DNA from: Octopus vulgaris
Taxonomy: Eukaryota
Assembly (NCBI GenBank): GCA_951406725.2
Contig: OX597814.1
Span: 174,778,001-174,842,000, forward strand
Direction of reading: 5' to 3'
Length of the DNA: 64,000 bases
The position numbers and the translations under genes were made by a program. Shown in pieces: positions 26,110 to 40,395 of the stretch; the stretch's first letter is position 1; the number at the start of each line of letters is the position of its first letter. The notes beneath the pieces are model-generated. The model was not told where the DNA came from and did no database searches. It saw only the letters and a list, made by a program, of their open reading frames with translations.

Positions 26110-27780
26110 CAATCTGGTGTGTATAGAATTTTAATATAGAGTTTCAGCACCTGTTAGTTGGCTCCGAAGAGAAGAGCCAGTCTTTGGGATGTAGTCTCAG
26201 ATATGCTGAGGATGTGCTTTTGTCAGGAGAGATCCTCAGTGATAGTAATGCCCAGCATTTAGAGCTACAGTGTGGGCTCTAGTTGAGTGCTAGTGATGTT
26301 TTCTTCATATGAGTAATGCTTTTTTTTTTCTTTTGCTGTGAAGAGACAAGGTTGGCAAGGGTCCAATATATGAATGCTCTCAGAGTTTCCATTTATGGAA
26401 TCAATGAAGGTTTGTTGCGTGTGTCTAAGTTGCATGTCATTAATTCATGGTTTGGGAAAATTTAAGAGAAATGAAGGCTTGTGTCATTTGTGTGTAAGGG
26501 TGGTGTTGGATGTGATACTAAGTAGGCCATTGATGTATAGAACAAAGTGAGTGGAGGATGAAAACCAAATCTTGACCAATGTCTGTGATGATTGAGCATA
26601 AAGTAGAAAGTGCTCCATCAACACATGATGGTGTGAACACATGGGAAACTACTAATCCAAGAGACAAGAGACAGGAAGAGTCCAAAGGCAGAACCTTTGA
26701 TAGGAGCTTTGCTTGCTTGACACAATAAAAAGCTTTGCTGATATCTAGAGTAATAACATTGCTTTCACTGAATTTCTCTAAAGAGCCTACAGGTGAGAAA
26801 TACAAGAGAGTAGATTACCAGTGCCTCTGGTTCCGCAGTGGCTATTAAGGGGAGAGAGAGAGAGAGAGTCAAGGTGTTAGAGAACATCATTCTTAATGAC
26901 TATCTCTTATTTTAGAGATGTTAGAAGTGAGAGCATTAGGACAATAGTTGGCTGGGTTCAATGATAGCCTTTCTTTAGAATAGGACACACTGAAGTGTGC
27001 GTCCATATGTTAGGATATATCCTATCAGAGAATGATAGATTAAAGAATTTGATAGTATAGGAACAAGTTCTGGGGTACAAAAGAAGAGAAATTGTTGGTT
27101 TGAAGCAACTGATGGTATTTCTGCACTTGATGTGTGTGTGTGTGTGTGTGTGTGTTATTTCTGGTTGATCCAGAGGTAAATAGCATAAGAATAGTGGATC
27201 TCTAATGAGTCTGGTGACTTGAAATGCCATAGAGTTCTGGAAGGAGTGGGTGTTGTGTAGTATGTGATTGGGTGTTGGACAGTTGCAATGAAGCAGTGAT
27301 TGGATGACTCAATAGGGGCAGAGACAGTCACAGTTTGGTAGAGGTTAGAAAGAGATTGAGGGTGTTTTAAGTGTCTGTGTTGGTCTAGAATGTGTGTAGA
27401 GGATGAAACAAGTTGATGTAAAAAGTTGAGAATAGTAAAAGATTCAGCTTCTACACACCAGCATTGATGTGGGATGAACATGAGGACTACGAGATACTGT
27501 GAGTATTTGAAACCAATAAGGATGATGACTTTAGAGAAGGGAGAGGTGAGATAGATGTTCTCAATACAAGAAGAGATATAGTCAAAGAGTTGTTGTTGGT
27601 TGAAGGAGCAATAGAGGGAACAGTTGTATTTGAGGAAATTAAGGAGGGAGATTTTTAGCCAGAGTAACTGGAAGTTATTATTGCTGAAATACAGATGAAA
27701 ACGATGAGAGATAGGGAGAATATGGTTGATATATGCACAGAAACCACATTGGGGAATGAAATTTAAGTAGAGTGTATCCC
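26110..27780 (-). pseudogene. Decayed CR1/L2/jockey-group LINE ORF2 (APE and RT remnants)
   Basis: Motifs ITLDISKAF, FNLSFSDRIYPNIW..VCPILKKG and LHQLVSSSTHI, with many stops and frameshifts. Confidence 0.75.
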
Positions 27781-27822
27781 AGACAGCGGTGAATTTGGTA
27801 GATGGAAACTGCAAGAAGCATG

Positions 27823-27855
<33 letters not shown>

Positions 27856-28115
27856 TGTGTGCACAAATGTGCATGGATGTTGATTTTCCATACTTATGAC
27901 TGTTGAGCAAAATGGCAATGGTTGTGACATTCCTTGTTGGCATGGTGACTTGTTGCTTTATGCTTTTGAAGACTGCTGAAAAAAAATCTTTACTTGAAAA
28001 ACCAGTAAGGATTGGTGACTAGAAGAGCATCCAGCTATTAAAAATCCTGCTTCAGTTAACTCACTATCCAACTCATGCTAGCATGAGAAAATGGACACAC
28101 AACAATTGAACAAAT

Positions 28116-28148
<33 letters not shown>

Positions 28149-30126
28149 CGTGCATGTGTGCACGCACGCATGCATATAATTCTTTGAATTTTAATTGTTA
28201 TAAATTGTATAAATTGCTTTATTATGATATGCAAGAATATTTTTATTTTTCCTGCCAAATCCTTTCATTCTGAGATTTAGTTACATGCTGCTTCCCAAAG
28301 AATATTATGAGCAATACATGGACATTTGACAATACATAAAAAATAGAAGAAAACAGTTTATTCTACTTCTTCATGCCTATTTTATTTGATTTCTTATTTG
28401 GTGTGTGTGTGTGTAATTGTGAGACCTGCTTCTATTTTTATGCAAGTAGTGCCAAATTACTCAAATAACTTGTTAACTAATCAATAAAATTTTAAGGATC
28501 TCCAAGAATATAAAAAATATATATATATCAACTGATTCATTTATTGAATTGTGTGTGGCAGATTTGATGATTATTTGCATAAGTTAAACCCAAAGTTTCA
28601 CAACACTTTATAAACTGTATTGACTCAGTTGCAGTATATATTCCGTCAATAAGTTGATTTGATTGGTATTTTGAGAATATGAGGAAGTGAAATGAGGTGA
28701 AACAAAAGCTGCTCTGTAAGAAATGTCAGCATAGCAAAATTACATTTATACATTGATTATATATTGATTGCTCCCCGTCACTCAAACTAGCTTAAATGAG
28801 TTCAGTCACAGTTGCCTGTGACTGAACTCATTTAAGGACTCTGTACTTCTTTATTTCACTAACCTACTTTTCATTGTTTTTCTGTGAAATGCAATAAATC
28901 AAATAGAATTGGATTAAACCTAAACTAAAATTTGGCAGAAACCAATTATTAGACACTTAAAGCAATTTACAACTCATTACCAATTTCTTTTTTTAATTCA
29001 AGAAAAAAGTGTCAAATACATGATCTTGTGAATTCCTCATGAAATTATGGTGTGAAGTTTATAAGGATATTTTTGCTTTTATTAAGGTACCAAATTGGCT
29101 GAAGTGTTAGTGTTAAATAAAGTGTTTTGTGGCATGTGTTCTTACACTCTGTGCTTTTAGTTCAATCCCACCAAAGTCAACTTTACCTTATATCCTTTTG
29201 GGGTTGATAAAAAGGTTACAATGCAGGTGATAGATTGGCAGAACTGCTAGAGTCATGGAAGAGATGCCTTATTATATCTATTCTAGCTCTTTGCATTATG
29301 ACAACAATACCTGCGCTTTACTGTCTTGACCCAAGTCAGCAGCCTGACTTGGGAATCCTTTTACAGATCTGTATTGGAGAGGATTGTCCCCTTATCAGAT
29401 GCACTCTTATTTTTCAACTTCCTGATTTACCAACATTATAACATGCTTCAGGTTGTCTTAGAAAAATTATTTTTATAGATATCTCTTGCACTCTCTTTAT
29501 TTTTACCATAATACTAGTTAATACCTTCACTCATAGCTTTATTCAGCTGAAGTTGACATGGGGGTTAAGCAATAACACCACCAACAAGATGAAAGCCAAA
29601 GTTTATCCTGGTAGGATTTTAACTTGGAATGAGAGACCATATCATCATCTACAACAACAACAACCAGCTAAAAACAACTGCCAAATCCCCTTGAAATCAC
29701 ACCTTGTCATCTTACAAAAAAAATGCATCTGGCCAATGTAGTCCCAGTTATACAAAAAGACAGGATGATTATCACTAGAATGAATTTGTTCAAAGAGGGC
29801 TAACTTGAGGTTAAACAACAACTTTCAACTATTTTTGCATGTAATGCAATTATGTTTTCTAGGCACTGCTTTAGCTTTAGTAACACTGTTATGCAGCTGC
29901 TAATGTCTCCAGTTTATGCACTATAATTATAATGTGCAATAACGACAAAGTTATTTGGTTGTTGTCTTTTCCCAACTCATTAGTTAAATTACTTTTACTT
30001 TATCAACTGTCAGATTATCAACAGATCCTCTCTTTCATTCTTACACTCACACACACACACACACCAGAACATCCTCGTACTTGACTTGTGAATTTATCTG
30101 TCAGCTGAACAGGTATATACATATTA

Positions 30127-30513
30127 CTAGCAGTATCGCCCGGCGTTGCTCGGGTTTGTAAGGGAAATAACTATATTAGCGTTTTTAGAGTTATAGCGAA
30201 AAAATAGCTAAAAAATGGGGGAAAAAATGATGGTAAATTTTTTTTTAAATCGTTGACTCATCGTAGACATTCTTAGAGAGTTACTTCCCTTATATAATAG
30301 CGAAAAAAATGCATTAAAATGGAAAAAAATTATGGTAAATTTTTTTTTAAATCGTAGACTCATCGTAGATGCGCGCTAATACCCAGAAGGGCTCGATATG
30401 AATCACGACTATAAGATACCCGGTTTTGGTTAAACTGCACCGCAAAATGTGAGAGTAGTTAGGAATCTAAATCGTAGGAGACAGACACACAACTTGACTT
30501 TTATATATAAAGA
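30127..30513 (-). mobile_element. Non-autonomous Helitron
   Basis: The minus strand starts TC(tttatatataa) and ends with hairpin cccgagcaacgccggg plus CTAG. It is inserted between A and T with no TSD and has an internal duplication. Confidence 0.85.
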
Positions 30514-33500
30514 TTAGACATCCTTTGACATCTCTAATGTTAAATTTGAGCAAACTTTTGTTTCTGCTTAATCCTCTTTTCTGATCCCTTTATAGTTATG
30601 CCTGGTTCCTTCATCCTTGATGAAGGAGCTTAAAACTATGCCAGTCACCCTAATTCATATTTAGCATCTCTGGAATTTTCTTTCATTCTGTTGTATATCA
30701 TCTTTTATTTTTTACTTGTTTCAGTCTTTAAACTTTGGCCATGCTGGGACATCGCCTTGAAAAATTATTAGTCGAATGAATCAACCCCAGTACTTTTTTT
30801 TTAAAGCCTGGCACTTATTCTATCTCTTTTGCTGAACTGCTAGGTTCATCATCATCATCATTTAACGTCCGTTTTCCATGCTAGCATGGGTTGGTTGGTT
30901 GGACCTGGGTCTGGGAAGCCAGGAGGCTGCACCAGGCACCAGTCTGATCTGGCAGTGTTTCTACAGCTGGATGCCTTTCCTAATGCCAACCATTCTGTGA
31001 GTGTAGTGGGTGCTTTTTACTTGCCACTGGCACAGGGGCCAGACGAGGCTGGCAAACGGCCAGAATTGGTTGGTGCTTTTACGTGTCACCGACACAGACG
31101 CCAGTCAGGTGGCGCTGGCATCTGCCATGTTCAGACGGTGCTGTTAACGTGTCACCGGCACAGGTATCTTATGGAAACATAAACACACCAACACCGGTTG
31201 TCAAGCAGTGGTGGAGGACAAAATCACACACACCAGAGTTCTTTTCAGCTTTGACTATCAAATCCACTCACAAGGCTTTGGTTTGGCCAAGGCTGTTGTA
31301 GAAGACATTTGTCTAAGGTGTCATGCAGTGATTAGGACGCAAGCTTCTTATCACACAGCCACACCTGCACCTCTGGAAATAATTATTAAATAAAAATAGT
31401 TTTATAGACTGAAGTTATTTGTACTTATTTTCCCTGTATGTTTCACTAACCACCTATCAACATCATTTTTACTTGATTATCCCCTCTCTCTTTATCCTTT
31501 TCTTTCAAGCATATTCTTCAAATGCATATTATCAATGCTATAATTTAGAAAATGTACAGAGATGCACATACTGACACATATCCCACACCCACCTATATAT
31601 TTCTTTTCTAACATGCTACTTGTATTAATATGTTTGCCACTAGCAAACATATTAGTCTTTCATACTATGAGAATCTATTAGTACAACTGCTCAACATTAG
31701 TATCTATTCATCATTATTCAATTTAATCACCTGGTCTGGCTGATTGGAGATGATCTGGGTTTAAACTATAAATTAATCACATTTTCTTAAGTGTATCTTT
31801 TACATATCTATTAATTTCTTAATTAATTTTCAATGAAATCTCCTTTCAGTAGCTTGTTTAATAATTTTTCATTACCTGAAATGTTTATATTAGCTATAAG
31901 AGTTTTTAATAATAACTTAGTCTTGGAGAAAACTCTGAAAGAACTTCAACCAAGGCAAGATAAATTTGTCATGTCATTTCAGTTTCTAATTGAAATTGTT
32001 CTACTTCTCTGACATCTTTAATGTTCCTGGGAAAACCACTTATATTTCATTAGAAGTTTATCGTCACTGTTCTGACAGAAGTGTGAAGTGTTTTAGAATT
32101 GCTAAAACAAGTTTTCCTTGTTTTAAAAAGGCTGGTGAATTGTACAGTTGGTATATATCATCAACATAATTTTACATGTACTTTCCATATTGATATGGGT
32201 TGCACAGGTCATCATCATTATAATCTTACATCTTTCTATATTGGTATGATTTGGAGTGGTCATCATAGCCTCAGTTCTTCTTCTTCAGAGTTATTCCCCA
32301 TCCAGACAGGTCAGGGTGCTACATCTTATTGTACATTTATTTTGGCTTGATTTCTCTGGTAAAATGCCCTTCCTAACACCAAATATTTTATGGAGTATAT
32401 TGAAAGTACTTTTTGGTGGCACTAACATTAGAGAGGTTGTTTATCCTGCAATACTAAAGCGTTTATTCTACCCCAAGCTCTCTCAGTTCATACAAGGCAT
32501 ACATGGCTAAGAGATGAATAGAAGGGAAAGTGATGACAGAGAGTACTGGGGCAAATGAAAGAATATGAGTATGATAAGAGAAACAGTATTAAGAACAAGT
32601 CAGGTAGAAGAGGAAAGAGTAATGAGAGAGATATAGTCGAAGACAATTACATGCTGGTTGTTGGTAAAGAGATTCAATAGAGAGAAGCAGCACAATGTGA
32701 TGAGGGAAAATTGAGTGAGGGAAAAAGACTGTGATTGAAAAGGGTGTAAAGTACATGTCTGGGAGAGAGAGAAGAACTTCAATGGAGATGAGTGTTAAAC
32801 AACAATAGTGAGGGATGATGGAAAGCGAGAGTGGTGGCTGTCAATAGAAAGTAGTAAGAAGAGAGATACAGATAGTTAAGAAGGCTGATGACAAGGAATT
32901 TAAAATGCAGACAGTTGTAATGCCATCCCACATTATACAAGTGGTATAGTGCAATGAATAAGAGAATGGTTGAGTGACAGACAAGAGGAATCTGTTAAAC
33001 AGAAGCTGTTCATAAGCCTACTATGTGGATGTTTATAATCTAAAAACTGATATAGTTAATGTTAGTGTTTTATTTCCCATAAGTTAGCATTTTGATGAAT
33101 AGAGTGGAATAAAATAAATACCAGATTGTAATAGGTACTGGGGTCATTATTATCTTGAAAGCAATCCCTAGAATGACAGCAGTTTACTGGCTGAAACCAG
33201 AAGAATGCAAGAATAAATATCTAGGAAATTAGTTGAGATTTATTTTTAACATTTGCTTTAAGATTTAATTCTTTGGGATGTGTATGTGTGTGCATGCACA
33301 TGCGACCTGTTTGTTTTATGTGTGTGTGTATTTTTAATATATGTTCATTATTAGTTGTAATTGGACAATTTACGTATATAAATACATATTTAAATTTATT
33401 ACTTTTTGATGATGATATTGCCTTTTCTCCTGTTTTTAATCTATTTTTCACTCCATTTATGACAAATATATTTCTAACATGATGATGGAGTAACATTATA

Positions 33501-34450
33501 TAATGTATTTCAATGTTTGTATACTGAACAAAGATAATTCACCACAAGCAAAAAATACACCGACTTGATGAAACAAAACAAAAAAAAAGTTTCTACTTTT
33601 TAATAGAAGAGCTTCTAAAACTTATACTGTCTCTATATCATTTTAATAGCATTTTATCAATTTTCTATTAAAGATCAATTGCATTTCATCAAAGTTCCTT
33701 GCTAAATATGGGACTATAATGAGGAGTTCATATATATATATAAAACACCATGGTTATATTTCTTTAAAATTTGTGTCAAAGATAGATAAGTATTTCAATA
33801 ATATTTTTAATAAGCAAGTTTTGAAAATTAACTTTTGAAAAATGGAATGCAACCATTATTAAAAAAATTCATATTTTCAATATTTTCTCCATTGCTTCAA
33901 TATGACTAAATAATTCTAAAGCACACACTAACAGATAACCCATTACAAATGGCACAGGCTATATGTGTAAAGAATATTTTTCAATAAAACGCAAAATGGT
34001 ACTTGAGCTTCAGTTATGTGCAGTCAAGTGTTTAAATAGTAAGAGCTTCAGTTCCCATGATCTAAGAGGCAATAGGTTTCTAATAGAAAACTGTCTAGAT
34101 TTGGCCACCTTTTTTAATTCAATACCTCTACTACTCATAGACATGTAATAGAGCACTCACAACTCTTGGAAACATTTTTTTTTCATGCTCATAATTGTCA
34201 CAGCATGAAATACACTACCCATGTCAGTTGTAAGCTGTCGGGACATTGCATCCCTCAAAAATTTTATGCATCCTAAAATTTGCCAACTCTGCTCTTAATG
34301 TGCCTAAGTATGCTACTTTGTTCATGACTCTTTTAATGTTCACTTCTCTGTTTTCTTGCATCCCTCAAAAGTTCCATGCTTCCTAAAATTCACATACACT
34401 ACTCTTGATGTACCTATATACCCTCTCCTCATTTTGTGTTTTATTCTGTA

Positions 34451-34780
34451 CTAGCACTATGACTCAGCGTTGCCGGGTCATAATCCTGGTGCATGCATAT
34501 ACAGCTGCGTGCTTGTGCACATACACGCGAGTGCTGGCATTCAATTGGCGTATCAAGTTTTGGGCATTTTGATTGGGTTTTGGATAGAAAATTCACAAAA
34601 AAGTCACTTCTATTGATTTTTTAATGGCTTTGTGGAGTGACTAGGGAAATGTAAGGATGTGCACGACCACCCTTGGATGGTTTTGAGTGACCATAGAAAG
34701 TGCGAGCCCTCTAACTGAAAAATTGTGGATTTGTATAAAGGACACGCACGCAGAGATTTTGCCATTTATATATAGAGAGA
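34451..34780 (-). mobile_element. Non-autonomous Helitron (second family)
   Basis: 5' TC..tatatataaa, subterminal hairpin atgacccggcaacgctgagtcat, 3' CTAG, A|T target. Confidence 0.8.
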
Positions 34781-37700
34781 TACTGAGCATGTACTTTTAG
34801 CTTTCCCTGCAGTCATTCTTTACTTGACTTATGGTTGCTTTCTGTCCCCTCTTTTAACCTTTTCCAATAAGTTGTAGCCCACTCGAGCATTGTGTATGTT
34901 TATCATCATTATTATTATGGCAATGAGCTAGCAGAATCAAGAGAGCATCAGACTAATTACTTAATGATAGTTATTCCAGCTTTTTACTTTCTAAGTTCAA
35001 ATACCATTGAAGCCAACTTTGAATTTTATTCTTTCGGAGTTGATAAAATAAAATATCAGTCAAGTATTGAGGTTGATGCAATTGACTTGCCCACTCCCCT
35101 CAAAATTGTTGGTATGTGCCAAAATTAGAATTATTATTGTGTGTGCATGCATACACACACACATGTACACACACTAAGGCCATATTTGTGACACTGTCAT
35201 GTGGTTAGTTAAAGAGAGAGGCAAGAAGAGTGTTAGGAGTGAGAGCTATGTGGTTAAATAATTAGTTGAAGGAATAGGTGGAAAGAGAGAGAAATAGAGA
35301 TTGAACATACCTAACATTAGGTGGTATAGTTTAAAGGGAAGAGAGAAAGTATGTGTGTGTGTGTGTGTTTACTGAAGGGAACATGGTGTTAATGTATCTA
35401 CCTATCCACATAGATACATCAACAGATAGAAGACCAAAAGACGAATGGCTATGTATGCAATAGATTGCTAAACTAAAGTGAAATAACCTTAGCTACCAAA
35501 TATCTGCATGAATGTTACTCTTTTATTTGTGTCAGCCAAATTCTGGGGCCATGCTGGGGCATTACCATAATTCGGTTTAGTATTTTTATTTATTTTTTTA
35601 TTTGATTTAAATGCTTCTTTGTATTGCCATTGTGGACAGATACTAGCATTGACAGAAATAAAAGTAGACAGGTGGGCAGGTAGGCAGGCTGGCTAGTTAG
35701 TTGGTCAGTTAGTAGACAGACAGACAGACACTCACTCATACACCTGCATGTGTGTATTCCCTCACAAAATCATGCAACAATGAAACCTCCACCGATATAC
35801 CTCAGTTGTTCAATCAACAGATCTACCTTCTCATTAAATTATATTGACTAAGTTGAAAGTAACAGCTATTTATACCTTTAATGCAAATCTCTGGCAGAGT
35901 CTGCATGACACAATGTGTGACAATGCCTAACACTTTGAACTACAAACACAGTCCATCCCGTGGGCTCCACACACCATTTCCATTTCCCCAATTCCTCTTC
36001 GAGGCTTGTGTCATCCTTATGGTAGCAACTGTCAAAGATGCCAAACAGTAAGACGTAGAACCTCATGACTGTAGTGTAAACATCTTAACCATTCAGCTTT
36101 GTCTGCGTGACACACATATGTATTCTTGAACAAAGGGGAAAGGAAAAAAAAAAGAGAGGGATGTGTGAGCCAATATACCAAACATAAGTAAATATCAATA
36201 GCTTTTGAAATTTTTATTATCTCTGGAAGTTTCTAAACAATGAACCCCATTTAACTTTTCACTTGCAGAAAAGTAAGAGAGAATGTAAAAGACACTTTAT
36301 ATACAGTCTCCTTCCACCATTATATTATAAATAGGATAGTGTATGCATTGTCTATTATATATTGTGTATACGTTATGTGTGTTTTGTGTGTTTGTTGTGC
36401 ATATGTATATGTTGTTTTAAGTAGTGTGTGTGTGTATGCACATGTTGCTTGTCTCTGTTGTATGTGTATCTGTGTGTTGTACACATTGTATATTTTTCCT
36501 GTGTGTATGTTATATATATTTGTTGGTGTTGCATATGTGTGCTGTGTGTCATTTCTCAATCAATTGTTTTCATGTTCCCTGAAAAACAATTAACGTTGTT
36601 TTTTGCGATAACCCTTTATGCAAAGGGCTTCAAAGACTTTTGGTACTGCCTTTTAATTCTAACTAAATAAAAAAAATGAAAATCAGACCCTCTGTATATT
36701 TAGCAATACTGTTATAATTGCAACACTATTTTTCTTTCTTTTATTATTAATTATAATAAGTGAAGGCACATGGCTTAGTAGTTAGAGTATTTGGCTTATA
36801 ATTGTAAGGTTGTGAGTTCAATTCCCAGTGATATGTTCTATCTTTGTGCAAGATGCTTTATTTCACATTGTTCCAGTCCACTCAGCTGGCAAAAATTAGT
36901 AGTACCTGTATTTCAAAGGACCAGCTTTGTCACATTTGAATGTATGTTAAGGGTACACGTATCTGTGGAGTGCTCAGCCACTTGCCTGTTAATTTAACAA
37001 GCTAGCTGTTCTGTTGATCAGATGAACTAGAACCCTCATCATTGTAACTGATCCTCTCAGCTTCAGTTATATTACAAGGATCTCATTTACCTTCTATAGA
37101 TTTACTAACCCTCAAAGATTTCTTTTCTTTGAAGGTTAGTAAATCCATAGCAAGTAACAGAGGAAGTCCCTTAGTTTTAAAGCTAAAAGGAAAAGAATTA
37201 GTTAACATGAAAGAAAGATCAGGTGATCTGCAGTTGTCCCATTCAGTCATCTTTGTTATTCTTAAGAGAAAGTAAAGAATCTCAGATTCAGTAATAGATT
37301 AGGTTACCATGCTATTGGTGGTGATAATAATAATAAAGAACTAACAAGAACTTGTTCATGAAATGGGGAAATTGTTGATACTGTGGATGGAAGATCACAT
37401 ATGAATCTATACCCATAAGCCTACTGAAAATACAACCTAAATCTGGGAGTATTTTCAAGACTTTGAAGGTATAAATAAGATAAATACCAGGAAAGCTTTC
37501 ATGTAAGCAATAGATGGTTCAGTCACTTCAAAAAAGATACAATCTGCAAATTAAAGAAGAAATAACAGATGTTAATAACTTCATATAATAATGTATGAAA
37601 AAAAAAATAAAACATATAGTACAGTACACACTAGTAGTATATTTAAAGTCTATCCCCATTCCCATCTTCTCAAGAAAGGTCAAAATATGTAAGTCTTCCG

Positions 37701-37879
37701 AGTTTACATCCATATTGACTTGTATATAGTTGGTTGGATCAGAACTGGATCAAGACTGGGATAAGCAGGAGAGTCTCTCTTTTATACTTACACAAGGACA
37801 GCTTCTATAGGGCACCCCACTGCTTCTCTGGAAGGTGTATCTTGTGTGAAAAATTAATTTATATGGTTGCAACCCCACC

Positions 37880-38640
37880 TACTACACAGCAGAGTAGAAC
37901 TAGGAAGAGGAAAGTAACCAGGTTTAATCCACCACACACTCTTGAAATTTCCATGAACATAGTGAGAAGTTTCCTAATATTGGTTTCAAATTTTGGCACA
38001 AGGTCAGCAATTTCAGGGGAGGGAATAAGTCACTATCTGTTTCTTTATTACCCACAAGGGGCTAAACATAGAGGGGGCAAACAAGGACAGACAAACGGAT
38101 TAAGTCAATTACATCAACCCCAGTGTGTAACTGGTACTTAATTTATCGACCCCGAAAGGATGAAAGGCAAAGTCGACCTCGGCAGAATTTGAACCCAGAA
38201 CGTATTGGCAGATGAGGAATAAGTCAATATCATCAACCCCATTGCTCAACTAGTACTTATTTTATCAACCTCAAAACGATGAGAGGCAATGTTAACCTTG
38301 AGGGATTTGAACTCAGAACATAAAGCTGGACAAAATGCTGCTAAGCGTTTTATCTGGCATGCTAATGATTCTGCCAGTTCATCACTTTGAAGTTCCTTAA
38401 TGTTTATAAGACATCATTTCCTACCAACACAAAAATGCTATATACTCTTGAACTCCCACATCATTAAGGTCAGTAATTCCTATATGGACCACAGTGTAGC
38501 TTCCCAAATCAAACATTACAACAAACACATTCTTGTACAGTCACCACCACATCAGCCTGTAACTGTTGAAATCTGTCCACATATCCACTCAGGAAATCCT
38601 GCCTTTCTAAAGAAGTCAGATACCAAGTAACCAAAATACT
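37880..38640 (+). pseudogene. Penelope-like element ORF remnant interrupted by a SINE stack
   Basis: RKRKVTRFNPP..NIVRSFL / FIRHHFL..IKVSNSYM resembles the PLE 'WFNPP..HFP..KVSYSCM' region. An imperfect TSD gaagtt(t)cc(t)taat flanks the SINEs at about 37966 and 38390. Confidence 0.65.
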
Positions 38641-39665
38641 TCATAATAATGAAAAGAATTTTACAGTTCTAATAGTGAACACTTTCAAGAGACACTTTCT
38701 TCAACATCACCACTCTTTTAGATAAAGGAACAATGAAAACTATATATCTGTCACAATTCATCTAGAACTCAGAGACCAATGAACGATAGCCAGGCAGCTC
38801 CTATGTTGTCACTCGATTTTATATAAGTAGCAACCAAATTTTCCTTAAATTTCACCCTAACATCTCAAACATACACATTGAATAATGTAGTCCAGGGTAC
38901 ACTTTACATTGAAAAAAAAAAAATGGTATGGTCATAGTCTCAAGCTGAAGGTTAACCTGAAAATAAATGGTTACTCATATAATTTATGATTAAATGCCTT
39001 TCTGTTTTTCTTTCTTTCTCCCTTTTTCTTTTTCTCTTTTTTCTTTTTCTTTTCTGATAGAGATTTGCACATGAAGGATGTGCTACTACAATATAAGTTG
39101 ACTATCTAGACACAATCTCTGTGATGGGCTATCACTGCAGTTCTCTATTAAATCCCACAGGATTGAGACTATTATTCACCAGCCAAGACCATTTTGCCAA
39201 TCACCATCTAGAATACCCATACCAACTAGGAAAATGCTAATGTTCAACTAAATGGAGCATGCTCTGAATACTGCAGGCTTTAGGCAAGGCAAACTGTACA
39301 TCATGATCACAAAATAGATTGATGCATTGTGTCTTGTATGCATGACCTATGGATCACATCATAAATCAAGCATACAAGACACAAATATTTTATCAGATAC
39401 CTGTTTGTCATAGATCAGTTCAAGCATAAATAACCAAGACAACACAACACTGATAAAATTAATAATTGTGCAACTTTAGTGAAGAGTATAGTCAATTAAA
39501 TTAACCATGGTAGTGATAATAGTGATTATAAAAGCAGTAGTTGTGAGTTCAAAGCTTGTTGCAAACATCATATCAAATAATGGTTTCAAATTTTGCACAA
39601 GGCCAGCAAAATTTGTGGGGAGAGGGTAAGTTGATTACATTCACCCCCCAGTACTCAACAAGTAC

Positions 39666-40037
39666 TTACTTGTACTTGTGGCAACATTCACCCTGGGCGG
39701 GTTGAGTTGGCTTTTTCTACTCATGGAAGAAGTTTCATGGGAATATGTGGATTTCACAAGCGGTCCCCGACAATCCTGCATGTGGAGACATCCTGTTTGC
39801 CGCAGATTGTCCGCAGACGCAGGGACAGAATGACCGAGGAGCTGCCGGTTGCCGAAGCAGACTCTCTGAGGATTTTCACCAGAGCCCCGTCTGCCGGGTT
39901 TTGGCCCTAATACCACTCGGTGTCAGACCAATCCGCCTTGGGTGGCCCTACCAGGAACCGAAGTTCCTGACGTCATAGCTCTGTCACTACCCGTTGCCAG
40001 CGTCCCCACCACGGTGAAGAGGGAATGGATTTTGGGG
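39666..40037 (-). mobile_element. Young GC-rich non-autonomous RTE-type (5'UTR plus 3' tail) element inserted into a SINE
   Basis: 13-bp TSD actcaacaagtac at 39653-39665 and 40038-40050, (CAAGTA)n tail on minus, CpGs retained. The motif gagctatg..ctggtagggccacccaaggc resembles RTE 5' UTRs. Confidence 0.75.
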
Positions 40038-40395
40038 ACTCAACAAGTACATATTTTATTGACTCCGAAAGGATGGAAGGTAAAGTCATCCTCAGCAGGA
40101 TTTGAACTCAGAATGTAAAGATGGATGAAATGCTACTAAGCATTTTGCCCTGGATGCTTACGATTCTGCCAGCATACCACCTTGAACATCTTATTAAATA
40201 ATACTGAGGCAAGACTCAGATTGTTTTTACTTCATTCACCAGAACTGAATATAAATCATGCTTACATAGACTCAATTGTTGATTGGTTTAGTGTTTGAAA
40301 GGGCATTTGCTAAACTGTGGGGATATACCATCCAATATGAGTCAGGAGTAGACATGTTAAAATTACCACTTTTCTTCCAAAATATAAGAAAATTT

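Noticed and set aside
27155-27943. 262-aa minus-strand ORF
   Set aside because: It runs through a (CA)n tract, a SINE piece and decayed LINE endonuclease sequence, so it is not an intact gene.
31627-31656. Small hairpins (also 6771-6822, 11638-11688, 17454-17494)
   Set aside because: Short AT-rich stems that are plausible by chance in this composition.
35878-36110. Possible minus-strand exon or ORF
   Set aside because: It begins with a tRNA-SINE-like head, has a weak donor and no recognisable protein motif.
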